Positions 8,919 through 17,492 of a stretch of DNA of 64,000 bases are shown piece after piece (position 1 is the stretch's first letter; every line of letters starts with the position of its first letter). The notes under the pieces are model-generated. The model was not told the DNA's origin, ran no database searches, and was given only the letters and a program-made list of their open reading frames with translations. Source of the DNA: Candidatus Nanohaloarchaea archaeon (GTDB taxonomy: Archaea > Nanohalarchaeota > Nanosalinia > Nanosalinales > Nanosalinaceae); NCBI GenBank assembly GCA_042218325.1, contig JBDGRE010000013.1, positions 1 through 64,000 of the forward strand. Reading direction: 5' to 3'. The position numbers were made by a program, and so were the translations under genes.

Positions 8919-10013
8919 TTAATCACCTTTCTTTTCAGCAACTACCAAGATAAAGTTGCCTTTTGTTTTCCACCCATACTCCGGGTTTCCTGTTAAATCA
9001 TCTTCAAACTCTGACCTCTTCCACTTTATATCATATTCCTTTAATTGTTGTTTAAGAAAGTCTCTTGCTTCTTTCTCGGAATAATCCTTTTCTTGAACTT
9101 CTTTCTCCTGTGTATTTGGATATATTCTTTCTATGTCCGTTGCGAAGTCAAATATCAACTTTCCTTCGGTTTTAAGGACTCTGTCAATTTCTTCAAAAAC
9201 CTCTTTCAGAGTTTCTTTACCGAACAAATGTAGTGTTCCCGTACAGAAAACTCCATCGAAGCTATCTTTTTGGAATGGGAAACTTTCGGTCAGATCAAAC
9301 ACATTCTTCTCCAGATTCTCTCGTTGACTTTGCGATAAACTATTTGAGAGTTTGTTAAGAGCTTTCTCGTCTATATCTGTGGCCACCAGCTCGTCTACTT
9401 TTTCAAGTAGTTCAGGGGTGTATCTTCCATCTCCTGCGGCCAAATTAAGCCATTTACCATTTATTTCCTCATTTTCTATTGCTTTTAGGGTTTCTTCATC
9501 TCCTTCTCCCCAGATTGGACTACTTCTAATTTCCACATTTATCCAAGTTTCTGTGCCGAATCTTGGTTCGTCAAAAACCTTGATTTGGTCTGGCTCTATC
9601 TTGTAGAAGATAGAGTCGAGTTCCTCTAATTCTTCCTTGTTGGAGGCAAACTCTCCGAGTTCAGAGTATCTGTCAAGGTAGAGATCCAGAACTTTCTCTA
9701 CTTCTTCTACTTTTTCGGCTTTCCCAAATATTTGGAGACCTTGCTTATCATCCGTCCATTCCTGATGACTATCGTGAACATCCACAGCTACAGAGTCATT
9801 ATTTTCCAAGTTTTCTCCGTGTTCGGTGTCTGGAGGAGTTAGGATATAGAGGTTTAGCTCGTCATCGAAGGTGTAGAAACAGGTGTTGATATGTGGATCT
9901 TCACCTTTTACGGTCGCCATCGACAACAATCTGTTCTTCGATAAGATCTCTCTGATGCTCTCTTCAACCTCTTCTCTTGTCCAGTCGCCTTCATCCAGAA
10001 GCTCTATATCCAT
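8919..10013 (-). CDS. Pyridoxamine 5'-phosphate oxidase-like FMN-binding domain fused to class I SAM methyltransferase
   Basis: LLSMATV..PH..FY..HGENL..QGLQIFG; then WLNLAAGDGRY, ATDID, SFDGVFCTGTLH. Confidence 0.8.
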   Translation of the reverse strand: MDIELLDEGDWTREEVEESIREILSKNRLLSMATVKGEDPHINTCFYTFDDELNLYILTPPDTEHGENLENNDSVAVDVHDSHQEWTDDKQGLQIFGKAEKVEEVEKVLDLYLDRYSELGEFASNKEELEELDSIFYKIEPDQIKVFDEPRFGTETWINVEIRSSPIWGEGDEETLKAIENEEINGKWLNLAAGDGRYTPELLEKVDELVATDIDEKALNKLSNSLSQSQRENLEKNVFDLTESFPFQKDSFDGVFCTGTLHLFGKETLKEVFEEIDRVLKTEGKLIFDFATDIERIYPNTQEKEVQEKDYSEKEARDFLKQQLKEYDIKWKRSEFEDDLTGNPEYGWKTKGNFILVVAEKKGD

Positions 10014-10023
10014 TTGTCTTCAC

Positions 10024-10572
10024 CTAATTATGTCTGCTGTTATGTTCTTCTCCGAGCCCTTTCCTTTCTTCTATTTCTTTAAGTTGTTTCTTGACTGGTT
10101 CTTGTGGTACTTCTGATCTGGTGTAGGCTCCAGATACTTTGTAGATGTTCTCTGATTCTACTTTGAATATTTTCTTTTCAGATTCTCCAGCGTATTTCTC
10201 ATCGTAGTTCTCGAAGTATTCTTTCTGCTTTTCTTCATCTTCGAATCTCTTGCTGAAAAGCGTCCTAACCGAATCTTCCAAGTTTTCGTCCTCTAATATT
10301 TTGGCTTTAGCGTCTATCTGTATTCCATCTGCCTCTTCTGGAGGATTTGTAGAGTTATAGATTGATAAGGCAACCTCGCTGTTCTCTTGTATATATTTGC
10401 CGTGTCGAGAAGTCTTCAAAGAAACAAAGTAGAAGTTTAATTCAGGATCAACAGCATAGTATACAGCCGAGACCCACGGATTATCATCTTGGGAAATCGC
10501 TATATCCATATACCTGTTGTTCAGAAGCATTTCCACACATTTTTCGACCATTTCAGAGTTTTCTTCATTCAT
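10024..10572 (-). CDS. Pyridoxamine 5'-phosphate oxidase family protein
   Basis: PWVSAVYY..FYFVSLKTSRHGKYI..VALSIY..GIQI. Confidence 0.8.
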   Translation of the reverse strand: MNEENSEMVEKCVEMLLNNRYMDIAISQDDNPWVSAVYYAVDPELNFYFVSLKTSRHGKYIQENSEVALSIYNSTNPPEEADGIQIDAKAKILEDENLEDSVRTLFSKRFEDEEKQKEYFENYDEKYAGESEKKIFKVESENIYKVSGAYTRSEVPQEPVKKQLKEIEERKGLGEEHNSRHN

Positions 10573-10576
10573 AGTA

Positions 10577-10999
10577 TCACATAGAAATTTCGTGGTAGTT
10601 TGCTATCAGGTTTTGTAGACTTTCGTTTGAAGATTTCTGAATAAGTTCTTCTGGTGTGAGCCATTCGTAGCTGGTAATGTTTTCGTCTGCTGGATTGTCG
10701 GAAATATCGATTTCCTGCGTATCTATTTCTCCCTCGAATACTGTTAGAACTACTTGATCTCCGTCATCGTCAGCTCCTACAAAGAAATAGTACATTCCGA
10801 CTGGATCTCCTACCTCTACCTGTGTTGATAGTTCTTCCTGAATTTCTCTTTCCAGAGTTTTCACGGGTTCTTCGCCGTATTCGACTTTGCCTCCCGGCAA
10901 CACCCAATATGTTCGATCCTGTGCCTCGGTTTTCAAAACCAAAATTTTGCCGTCCTTCTCAATCAGAGCCTTCACAGCAGGTTTAACATCTCTGCTCAT
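10577..10999 (-). CDS. NUDIX hydrolase
   Basis: LPGGKVEYGEEPVKTLEREIQEELS Nudix box. Confidence 0.9.
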   Translation of the reverse strand: MSRDVKPAVKALIEKDGKILVLKTEAQDRTYWVLPGGKVEYGEEPVKTLEREIQEELSTQVEVGDPVGMYYFFVGADDDGDQVVLTVFEGEIDTQEIDISDNPADENITSYEWLTPEELIQKSSNESLQNLIANYHEISM

Positions 11000-11052
11000 A
11001 AAGGAGAATTGAAATAAGAAATATTATAGAATTTAGGCTTTAAACCGATACT

Positions 11053-11436
11053 ATGGATGGCGTAGTTGTTGTAATTCGAGAAGGAGATAAGTACCTGATG
11101 GTTCAAGATGCCGAAGGCAGTTATGAAGGGAAATGGGCTCCAGTACACGGCTCTCTCGAAGAAGGAGAAACACCAGAAGAAGCAGGAATCCGAGAAGTAA
11201 AAGAAGAAGTAAACCTCGAAGTAGAACTTACTCAAGAAGACAAGATAACTAAAACGCCAGCAGATTACAAGACAGATGAACTCCACTGGTACCTAACAGA
11301 AGAATATAGCGGCGAAATACAGGTAGAGGAAAGAGAAATCAGCGACTACAAATGGATGACTTTAGACCAAATAGAAGAAAGAGAACTGCTCCCACAAGCA
11401 GAAAACTTCTTTCAGGACTACAAACCTCAAAGGTGA
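11053..11436 (+). CDS. NUDIX hydrolase
   Basis: GSLEEGETPEEAGIREVKEEVN Nudix box. Confidence 0.9.
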   Translation: MDGVVVVIREGDKYLMVQDAEGSYEGKWAPVHGSLEEGETPEEAGIREVKEEVNLEVELTQEDKITKTPADYKTDELHWYLTEEYSGEIQVEEREISDYKWMTLDQIEERELLPQAENFFQDYKPQR

Positions 11437-11443
11437 ACACATA

Positions 11444-11934
11444 ATGGACTTCGTCATAAGAACCAATTACTCTCAAGAATTAAAGAACACGATAGATTCA
11501 AAGGCTGAAAATAGACAAGAACTTTCTGAAATAAAGGACGAGTTCTACAAGCCCGAAGAAACTGATCTACCAGATTTCAGTCCACGAGATGTTATCATCA
11601 GAAAACGAACTTTCCCAGATAGGGAGACACTGGTCAAGATAAATATTATCCAGAAACCGACTGGCTACACCGATACAAAAGAAGATTTAGAGAGCCTTGA
11701 GGACTATGAAAAATGGGGCGAGTCGATTCTTACGCCGTAGAATATTAGTTGAAAATAGAGAACGAAGAGATCCCAATTCTCATAGAAACATTTGACTTCG
11801 GCAAGTACATCAAGATAGAATCGCCGTCACCTGAAATACTGGACAGTATTATCCAAGAACTCAATCTTGATGAAGGCGATATATTAGAGAAGAACTCGGC
11901 AGAACTGCTGGCCGAAAATATGAATAAAATTTAA
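11444..11934 (+). pseudogene. Disrupted CYTH-like protein
   Basis: Two consecutive fragments (98 and 61 aa) with DEFY, IRKR, FGKYIKIE; frameshift and TAG near 11720-11748. Confidence 0.45.
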
Positions 11935-11963
11935 GCACGAGTTCAATTTATAGGTCAAAAACT

Positions 11964-12713
11964 ATGGAAAAAGTAAACTTCACCAACAGTCGGGGACTGG
12001 AACTGGTAGGTAATTACTGGGAGTCGGACTCTGATGCCGCAATAGTGATGAGTCACGGATTCACAGGAGATAAGCACGAGGGAGGGTATTTTGATACCGT
12101 AGCAGAGGCACTGAATGAGAGAGGTTATAATGTCCTAACATTTGACTTTTCAGGAAGGGGAGAAAGTCAGGATGATGCGATAACTATAGAAAAAGAAGTG
12201 GATGATCTTGATTCAGCTCTCCAGTATCTTGAGGAAAATAAAAATATAGATAGGATAGGTCTCTATGGATATAGCCTCGGTGGACTTGTTTCGCTACGAA
12301 ATGACAGGCCGGAAATTGAAGCTATAGTATTAACATCTCCTGTTACAGCAGAAATAGAAGCTCTGAAACTCCAAAGTTTTGAGAAAGGTGACACATTCAC
12401 ATATCAAAACGGAGTCTATATCAAGCATAAGGAAGATGAAGTGAGAAAGGAACTCCCGATAGATGAGAAAATATCAGAAGAGGCAAATAAAATAGACCAA
12501 GACCAACTCCTATCAGACATCGAAACTCCTGTGTTGATTATTCACGGAGACCAAGACTCTGTGGTTCCTCTGGGAGACTCCAGAAATGCTGTGGAAAAAC
12601 TGGAACACGGAAAACTCGAAGTAATAGAAGGACTGGATCACAGCTACGACACCCACTACGACCAGATAATACAGAACGCCGAGAACTGGTTCAACCGATA
12701 TATGGAGCCTTAA
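11964..12713 (+). CDS. Alpha/beta hydrolase
   Basis: HGFTG, GYSLGG nucleophile elbow, HGDQDSVVP, GLDH. Confidence 0.9.
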   Translation: MEKVNFTNSRGLELVGNYWESDSDAAIVMSHGFTGDKHEGGYFDTVAEALNERGYNVLTFDFSGRGESQDDAITIEKEVDDLDSALQYLEENKNIDRIGLYGYSLGGLVSLRNDRPEIEAIVLTSPVTAEIEALKLQSFEKGDTFTYQNGVYIKHKEDEVRKELPIDEKISEEANKIDQDQLLSDIETPVLIIHGDQDSVVPLGDSRNAVEKLEHGKLEVIEGLDHSYDTHYDQIIQNAENWFNRYMEP

Positions 12714-12746
12714 TTTATTGAAATTTCGGGCATTAAATCTTTCTTA

Positions 12747-13601
12747 ATGCTTGATTGGATTGCTTTCGCACTGATCGCTACCTTTGCCTTCGGGTTACAG
12801 AATTTTGGTTACAAGATAGCGGCTGAAAGAGGCTGTAACAGTGCCACATTAATGTCCTCATTTATCGGCACCACGATTATTCTTTCTGCTGTAGCTCTTG
12901 TTGTGACTTGGAATTTCTCTATCAATAGCTTGTATCTGTTTCTGGCTTTTGCTGGTATTAACGCCGCATCCTTCGTTGTAAAATTCATACTGCGACAGGA
13001 GGCTTTGAAACTAATTCCACTGGTTATTGGTTTGCCTTTATCGAAGATGAGTGCGGCTGTCGCCGCCGCAATAGGAATACTTTTCTTGGGAGAACAACTA
13101 ACCCTGTTCAACTTCGCAGGAATCCTAATCTCGATGGCCGCCGTCTGGATACTATCGCAGAAAGATGATGGCGATGATATCAAGGACTTCAAGAAAGGAA
13201 TAACTTTGATGCTGGTAGTTGTACTGGCTGCGGCAATAGGTGACTTGGCGATCAAACTTGCTTCAACCGAAGGCAACAACTTCCTGTTCATAGTCACAAC
13301 CTACGGGATGATGTTCTTCCCGGCCCTGATGCTTCAAGAAAGGTTCAGCAGTATAGAGGAAGCGACCCAGAAATCTTCTTTGAAATGGGGAATAATTATC
13401 GGAGTTATCAACTTTGTCAGTTTCTCCTCGCTTTTAGCCGCCCTCCAAACAGGGCCTATGGCAATCATCTTCCCGATGACAACACTCGGAATCGCACTAT
13501 CAGTCGCATTAAGCGTAGGAATCCTGAAAGAAGAACTAACCCGGAAAAGACTCACAGGATTAATACTCGCCCTGATAGCTTTAATCCTGCTCAACCTCTA
13601 A
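12747..13601 (+). CDS. EamA/DMT family transporter
   Basis: About 10 TM helices in two repeats; ILFLGEQLT and ILKEELT motifs. Confidence 0.85.
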   Translation: MLDWIAFALIATFAFGLQNFGYKIAAERGCNSATLMSSFIGTTIILSAVALVVTWNFSINSLYLFLAFAGINAASFVVKFILRQEALKLIPLVIGLPLSKMSAAVAAAIGILFLGEQLTLFNFAGILISMAAVWILSQKDDGDDIKDFKKGITLMLVVVLAAAIGDLAIKLASTEGNNFLFIVTTYGMMFFPALMLQERFSSIEEATQKSSLKWGIIIGVINFVSFSSLLAALQTGPMAIIFPMTTLGIALSVALSVGILKEELTRKRLTGLILALIALILLNL

Positions 13602-13966
13602 ACATTCTCAACTAATTCAGAAAGAATTTCGACCAATTCTCCCTCTCCCTCATAACTAACGACTGTATCGGTAACTGCCGATAGCGAGCTTGAAGGATCA
13701 GCACTTTCTTGATAAATACATATTACAGGAACATCGTACATATCAGCCCAGCCAAGCTCTATGCCTAAACCAGTAGATGGCTCTGAAACCTCTCCTATCA
13801 TTAGATCACATTCTTCTCGGAGAAAAGTCTTGGAATCGAAGATTCCCTCCGAATCCTCGTGAGGAAAAACCAGATTGTGCTCCTCATACAACTTGCTATC
13901 CTTCAAAGGCTGGTAGAGACTGCTCTTGTAGTCAATACTGCTGGAATGCCCGACATAAATCTCCAT
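13598..13966 (-). CDS. Nucleoside 2-deoxyribosyltransferase/RCL-like protein
   Basis: IYVGHS..CDLMIGEVSEPSTGLGIELGWA. Confidence 0.75.
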   Translation of the reverse strand: MEIYVGHSSSIDYKSSLYQPLKDSKLYEEHNLVFPHEDSEGIFDSKTFLREECDLMIGEVSEPSTGLGIELGWADMYDVPVICIYQESADPSSSLSAVTDTVVSYEGEGELVEILSELVENV

Positions 13967-14021
13967 AGAAAAACACTTTAGAAACGAAATATTATAGGAA
14001 TTTCTGAATAAAAACTGTGTT

Positions 14022-14624
14022 ATGGCGGTCGGAACTGTTGACGCAATAGTATTCTACAAAGCCAGAGAAGAAGACAAAGAGTTCTTCCAAGAACTCAAAC
14101 AACAAGACAAAGAAAGACTGGCAGAACTTGGTGTAGACCTGACCGACTACGGCGAACCCGGAATCTACACCGTCCTAATCGAGAGAGGAAAAACACCATA
14201 CAAAGAAATGTTAGCCACAGCAGGAGGACACATAGAAAACGGCGAAACACCTACAGAAGCGGCAATAAGAGAACTAAAAGAAGAAACAGGAATCCAGACA
14301 GAACATCTCGAAACAGTAACAGAAGCAAAGGAAAACTTGGAACTTGTATTCGACCCAAGATACGATCCAGAAGACAAACTGCCCGAAGACGAGCCAGAAG
14401 AAATCTACCTGATCGATGGACTGGAAGACAGAGACGGAGAAGACTTCCACTACTACACCGCCGTATTTGACTACCAGCCAGAAAACCCTGACAGACGAAA
14501 CTTCCAGCTAAAAGGAGAGACAGACGCCGAAAAATCATTCTGGGTTCCATTACAGGAATTGCCGAAAATGGCTTTCACACAGCACAGAATCGTAGAATGG
14601 GGTAGAAAACAGTATGAAAGATAA
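14022..14624 (+). CDS. NUDIX hydrolase (ADP-ribose pyrophosphatase-like)
   Basis: TVDAIVF, VLIERG..PY, GGHIENGETPTEAAIRELKEETG, MAF..H. Confidence 0.85.
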   Translation: MAVGTVDAIVFYKAREEDKEFFQELKQQDKERLAELGVDLTDYGEPGIYTVLIERGKTPYKEMLATAGGHIENGETPTEAAIRELKEETGIQTEHLETVTEAKENLELVFDPRYDPEDKLPEDEPEEIYLIDGLEDRDGEDFHYYTAVFDYQPENPDRRNFQLKGETDAEKSFWVPLQELPKMAFTQHRIVEWGRKQYER

Positions 14625-15300
14625 AGAGTACAACGCAGTAATTTTCGATGTAGACGGCGTCATAGCCCAGACAACAGAAGACTGGGAATGGATGGACAAA
14701 GTATACCGACAACACTTTCCACAACCCGATAAAAACGGCTACAGCGACTGGGAAGAATACCTACAGGCATACGGCAAAATATTCAGAACTCTACACACAG
14801 AAACCGAAGACGGAGTATTCGAGGAAGTAGGGCTGGAAAATGAACAGGTGCTCGAAGCGTATAGTCAGGTTCAGGATAAGAAGAACCGTATAATGAACCA
14901 GTTTTCAGTCTACTCTGACGCTGTAGAACTATTGGAATACTTGAACGAAGAGGATTACACGGTAGCGGCTGTCAGCAACGCCAGAGAAGATAATGTCGAA
15001 CTATTCTTGGAGCAAAACGATTTGCTGAAATACTTTGACTATGTAACAGGAGTAAAGCTCGAAGACTTCAACAGTTTCAAACAGAGAAAGAAACCTAACC
15101 CTGCTATGCTTCAAGAAGCAATCCAAGAACTCGACCTCAACCCAGAAACAACAGTAATGATAGGAGATTCCTCAACAGACCGAGACGCCACCCGAAAAAT
15201 AGAACAACTCGACTACATCCATCTCAATAGAGGAGTGGAAGTAGATCCTGATGGAGAACAGACAATAGAAAACTTGAACGAACTCAAGGAGGTTCTCTAA
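14614..15300 (+). CDS. HAD-family hydrolase
   Basis: FDVDGV, VSN, KPNP, IGDS..D motifs. Confidence 0.9.
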   Translation: MKDKEYNAVIFDVDGVIAQTTEDWEWMDKVYRQHFPQPDKNGYSDWEEYLQAYGKIFRTLHTETEDGVFEEVGLENEQVLEAYSQVQDKKNRIMNQFSVYSDAVELLEYLNEEDYTVAAVSNAREDNVELFLEQNDLLKYFDYVTGVKLEDFNSFKQRKKPNPAMLQEAIQELDLNPETTVMIGDSSTDRDATRKIEQLDYIHLNRGVEVDPDGEQTIENLNELKEVL

Positions 15301-15303
15301 CCT

Positions 15304-15909
15304 ATGATGGTCAGCACCCATATTCTAATCGGGGGACTAATAGGATACCTTTTCTCAACTGCCATCTCTGTAAATCCAGTTACTCTTGCTTTAGCAGGAA
15401 TGTTAGGAGGTCTTATACCCGAACTTGATTTTCTGATAGGACACCACAGGAAAACACTCCACTTCCCATACAGCTATTTCCTCCTGTCAATACCTGTTCT
15501 CATTCTGATCCCTTTCTTTCAGGCAGAACTTTTGATATTGCTTGCTACCGTGTTAGTGTCGGCTGGCGTTCATTCGTTTATGGATATTTTCGCTGGAGCC
15601 GAACTCCGTTCTTGGGACGAATCCGAGTGGGAAGATACAGCAGTATATGACCATATCAGAGATAAGTGGATTCAACCCCAAAGAATAGCTTACGGAGGAT
15701 CTATGAGAGACTTTCTGCTCTCAACTATCTGCTTTTTCTCGACTATCTACCTGATAAATGATCCAAAAATTCTCCTTATCGCAACTGGACTGATAGTTTT
15801 CTCTGTAGCCTATACTATGGGAATCAAGAAAGCATCAGACGAAATAATAGATGGAAAATATGCTACTCTGAATGGATTTATACGATCAAAATTGAAGGCT
15901 CTTCTATAA
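15304..15909 (+). CDS. Membrane-bound metal-dependent hydrolase
   Basis: STH, IPELD, HRKTLH, HSFMD motifs with TM helices. Confidence 0.85.
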   Translation: MMVSTHILIGGLIGYLFSTAISVNPVTLALAGMLGGLIPELDFLIGHHRKTLHFPYSYFLLSIPVLILIPFFQAELLILLATVLVSAGVHSFMDIFAGAELRSWDESEWEDTAVYDHIRDKWIQPQRIAYGGSMRDFLLSTICFFSTIYLINDPKILLIATGLIVFSVAYTMGIKKASDEIIDGKYATLNGFIRSKLKALL

Positions 15910-15966
15910 TCTTTCAGAACTGCCGTGCCGCTCTTTTAAGCGGCTAAAAAATATATTTTCTTGAAG

Positions 15967-17010
15967 ATGACCGCTGACGACCTTCACGAGCTTGTCGACT
16001 ACTACGAGGAACAGGAGAAGTACCAGCCAATCACTGTTTACCTTCACGGGTTTGTGAATCACTACAAGGGTGACCTGTCCAAAGGGAGTATTGTACAGTA
16101 TCTGCGGTACTTGGCCTACCTTGACTTCGATCCTCTGGACGAGAATCCCGAACCAGAAGATGTCAAGATCGAAGATTTTCACCTTGACAGGCTACAGGAA
16201 TGGACAAGAGCCAAAGCCCGGAAACGGTTCGGAGAGTCAGGCGAGAAACTCAACTCCCGTAATAGGTTTGCGTATATGACATATTTGGCCTTGAAAAAAT
16301 ACTTGAAAATGGCAGATCCCTCGCTGTTGCCATACCTTCCAGACTCCGAACAGTTCGAGAAACCCTACAGTCAACCAAAGACGATATACTACAGCGAGAC
16401 ACAGATCCAAGACCTGATGATGGCGTCAGAGAACCGAAAGGTCTTCCTATCTATAGCCCTAATGTACTACGCAGGACTCCGTAGTTACGAGCTACTTCAC
16501 TTGACACCAGAATGGCTGGAGTTCAAAACTGATAGGATTGAGATAGAAATACCGCCGAAGTATGCCAAAGGTCAGAAAAATAACCAGACCTCTGAAATCA
16601 CTTTCCTCAAGAAAATCTATGGAGAAGACCTCAAGCAACACATTAAGGATCAACATAACTATGACGGAGACTATCACCAACTGGTGTCACAGTTGGTGGA
16701 TCAGGAGAGCTTCCAGCCCGTCTTCAACTACAAGGAAAACTCCCAGAAATCCTACAGGGAACTGATGAAGGAGAGATACGAACTGAACCAGAAGTTGAAA
16801 GAAACCGCCAAGAAAGCAGGATTCAACAAAGCCGAGAAAATATCCAGCCATAAACTACGCAGATCATTCATTCGGAAAGTCTATGATTCAACCAAGGATC
16901 TTTCCCGAACGGCACAGGTAGCCAGACACAAAAGTCCTGAAACCACACAGCAATATCTACATCTGGATAAAGAAGAGCAATTAGAGACCTACCAAGAAGC
17001 ATTTCTCTGA
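15967..17010 (+). CDS. Tyrosine recombinase/integrase with intact catalytic residues
   Basis: AGLRSYEL, AKG, HKLRRS, ARH, QQY; ends ~270 nt from the att site in tRNA-Thr. Confidence 0.9.
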   Translation: MTADDLHELVDYYEEQEKYQPITVYLHGFVNHYKGDLSKGSIVQYLRYLAYLDFDPLDENPEPEDVKIEDFHLDRLQEWTRAKARKRFGESGEKLNSRNRFAYMTYLALKKYLKMADPSLLPYLPDSEQFEKPYSQPKTIYYSETQIQDLMMASENRKVFLSIALMYYAGLRSYELLHLTPEWLEFKTDRIEIEIPPKYAKGQKNNQTSEITFLKKIYGEDLKQHIKDQHNYDGDYHQLVSQLVDQESFQPVFNYKENSQKSYRELMKERYELNQKLKETAKKAGFNKAEKISSHKLRRSFIRKVYDSTKDLSRTAQVARHKSPETTQQYLHLDKEEQLETYQEAFL

Positions 17011-17284
17011 AACTATATCGGTGTGAAATCCACAATATTCCTATATACAACGTAGGAAGTAGAGTCAAATAACGCTGATATTATGAGTCGGAAACCGAGT
17101 GGTCTAATATAAGTCATAATTGAAAAACTAAACAACGCTGATGACTCTTTCTACCTGAAAAAATATACGAAGAAGTTCTATAGTCATTATTTTAGGCTAA
17201 ATGACTGATTAAAGTAGAAAATCCAAATCAGACAAGACAGAGGATTTCTCTAAATTATCTCTTCGACCCCCAGTTGAAAGTGAA

Positions 17285-17436
17285 AGCCCCGAGAGGGATT
17301 TGAACCCTCGACCTGCCCCTTGCTTGCGACCAGTTATATTCCCGAAAGCCATGTAAAGCATGGCTTAAAGCGCGCCGCACGGCGCTTTGGCTGGCGGTAC
17401 AAGGGGGCCGCTCTAGCCAGACTGAGCCATCGAGGC
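17285..17436 (-). tRNA. tRNA-Thr(UGU) with 77-nt intron at 37/38 (17321-17397)
   Basis: Acceptor GCCTCGA/TCGGGGC, anticodon arm GCCCC-CTTGTA|A-GGGGC, TTCAAAT T-loop, BHB helix CTTG/CAAG. Confidence 0.95.
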
Positions 17437-17492
17437 ACTGTTTTCGTGGTCGCGGAGAATAGTTAAATAACTGGAGCCTCCTCTCACCGTTC

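Larger units (their letters stand above)
48..17296. mobile_element. ~17.2 kb integrative element inserted at the 3' end of tRNA-Thr(UGU)
   Basis: Direct repeat AAAGCCCCGAGAGG at 48-61 and 17283-17296 (the latter overlaps the tRNA 3' end); two tyrosine recombinases; visibly lower GC than the region after 17300. Confidence 0.85.

Noticed and set aside
48-17296. Provirus interpretation of the island
   Set aside because: No recognisable capsid, terminase, portal or packaging ATPase genes.
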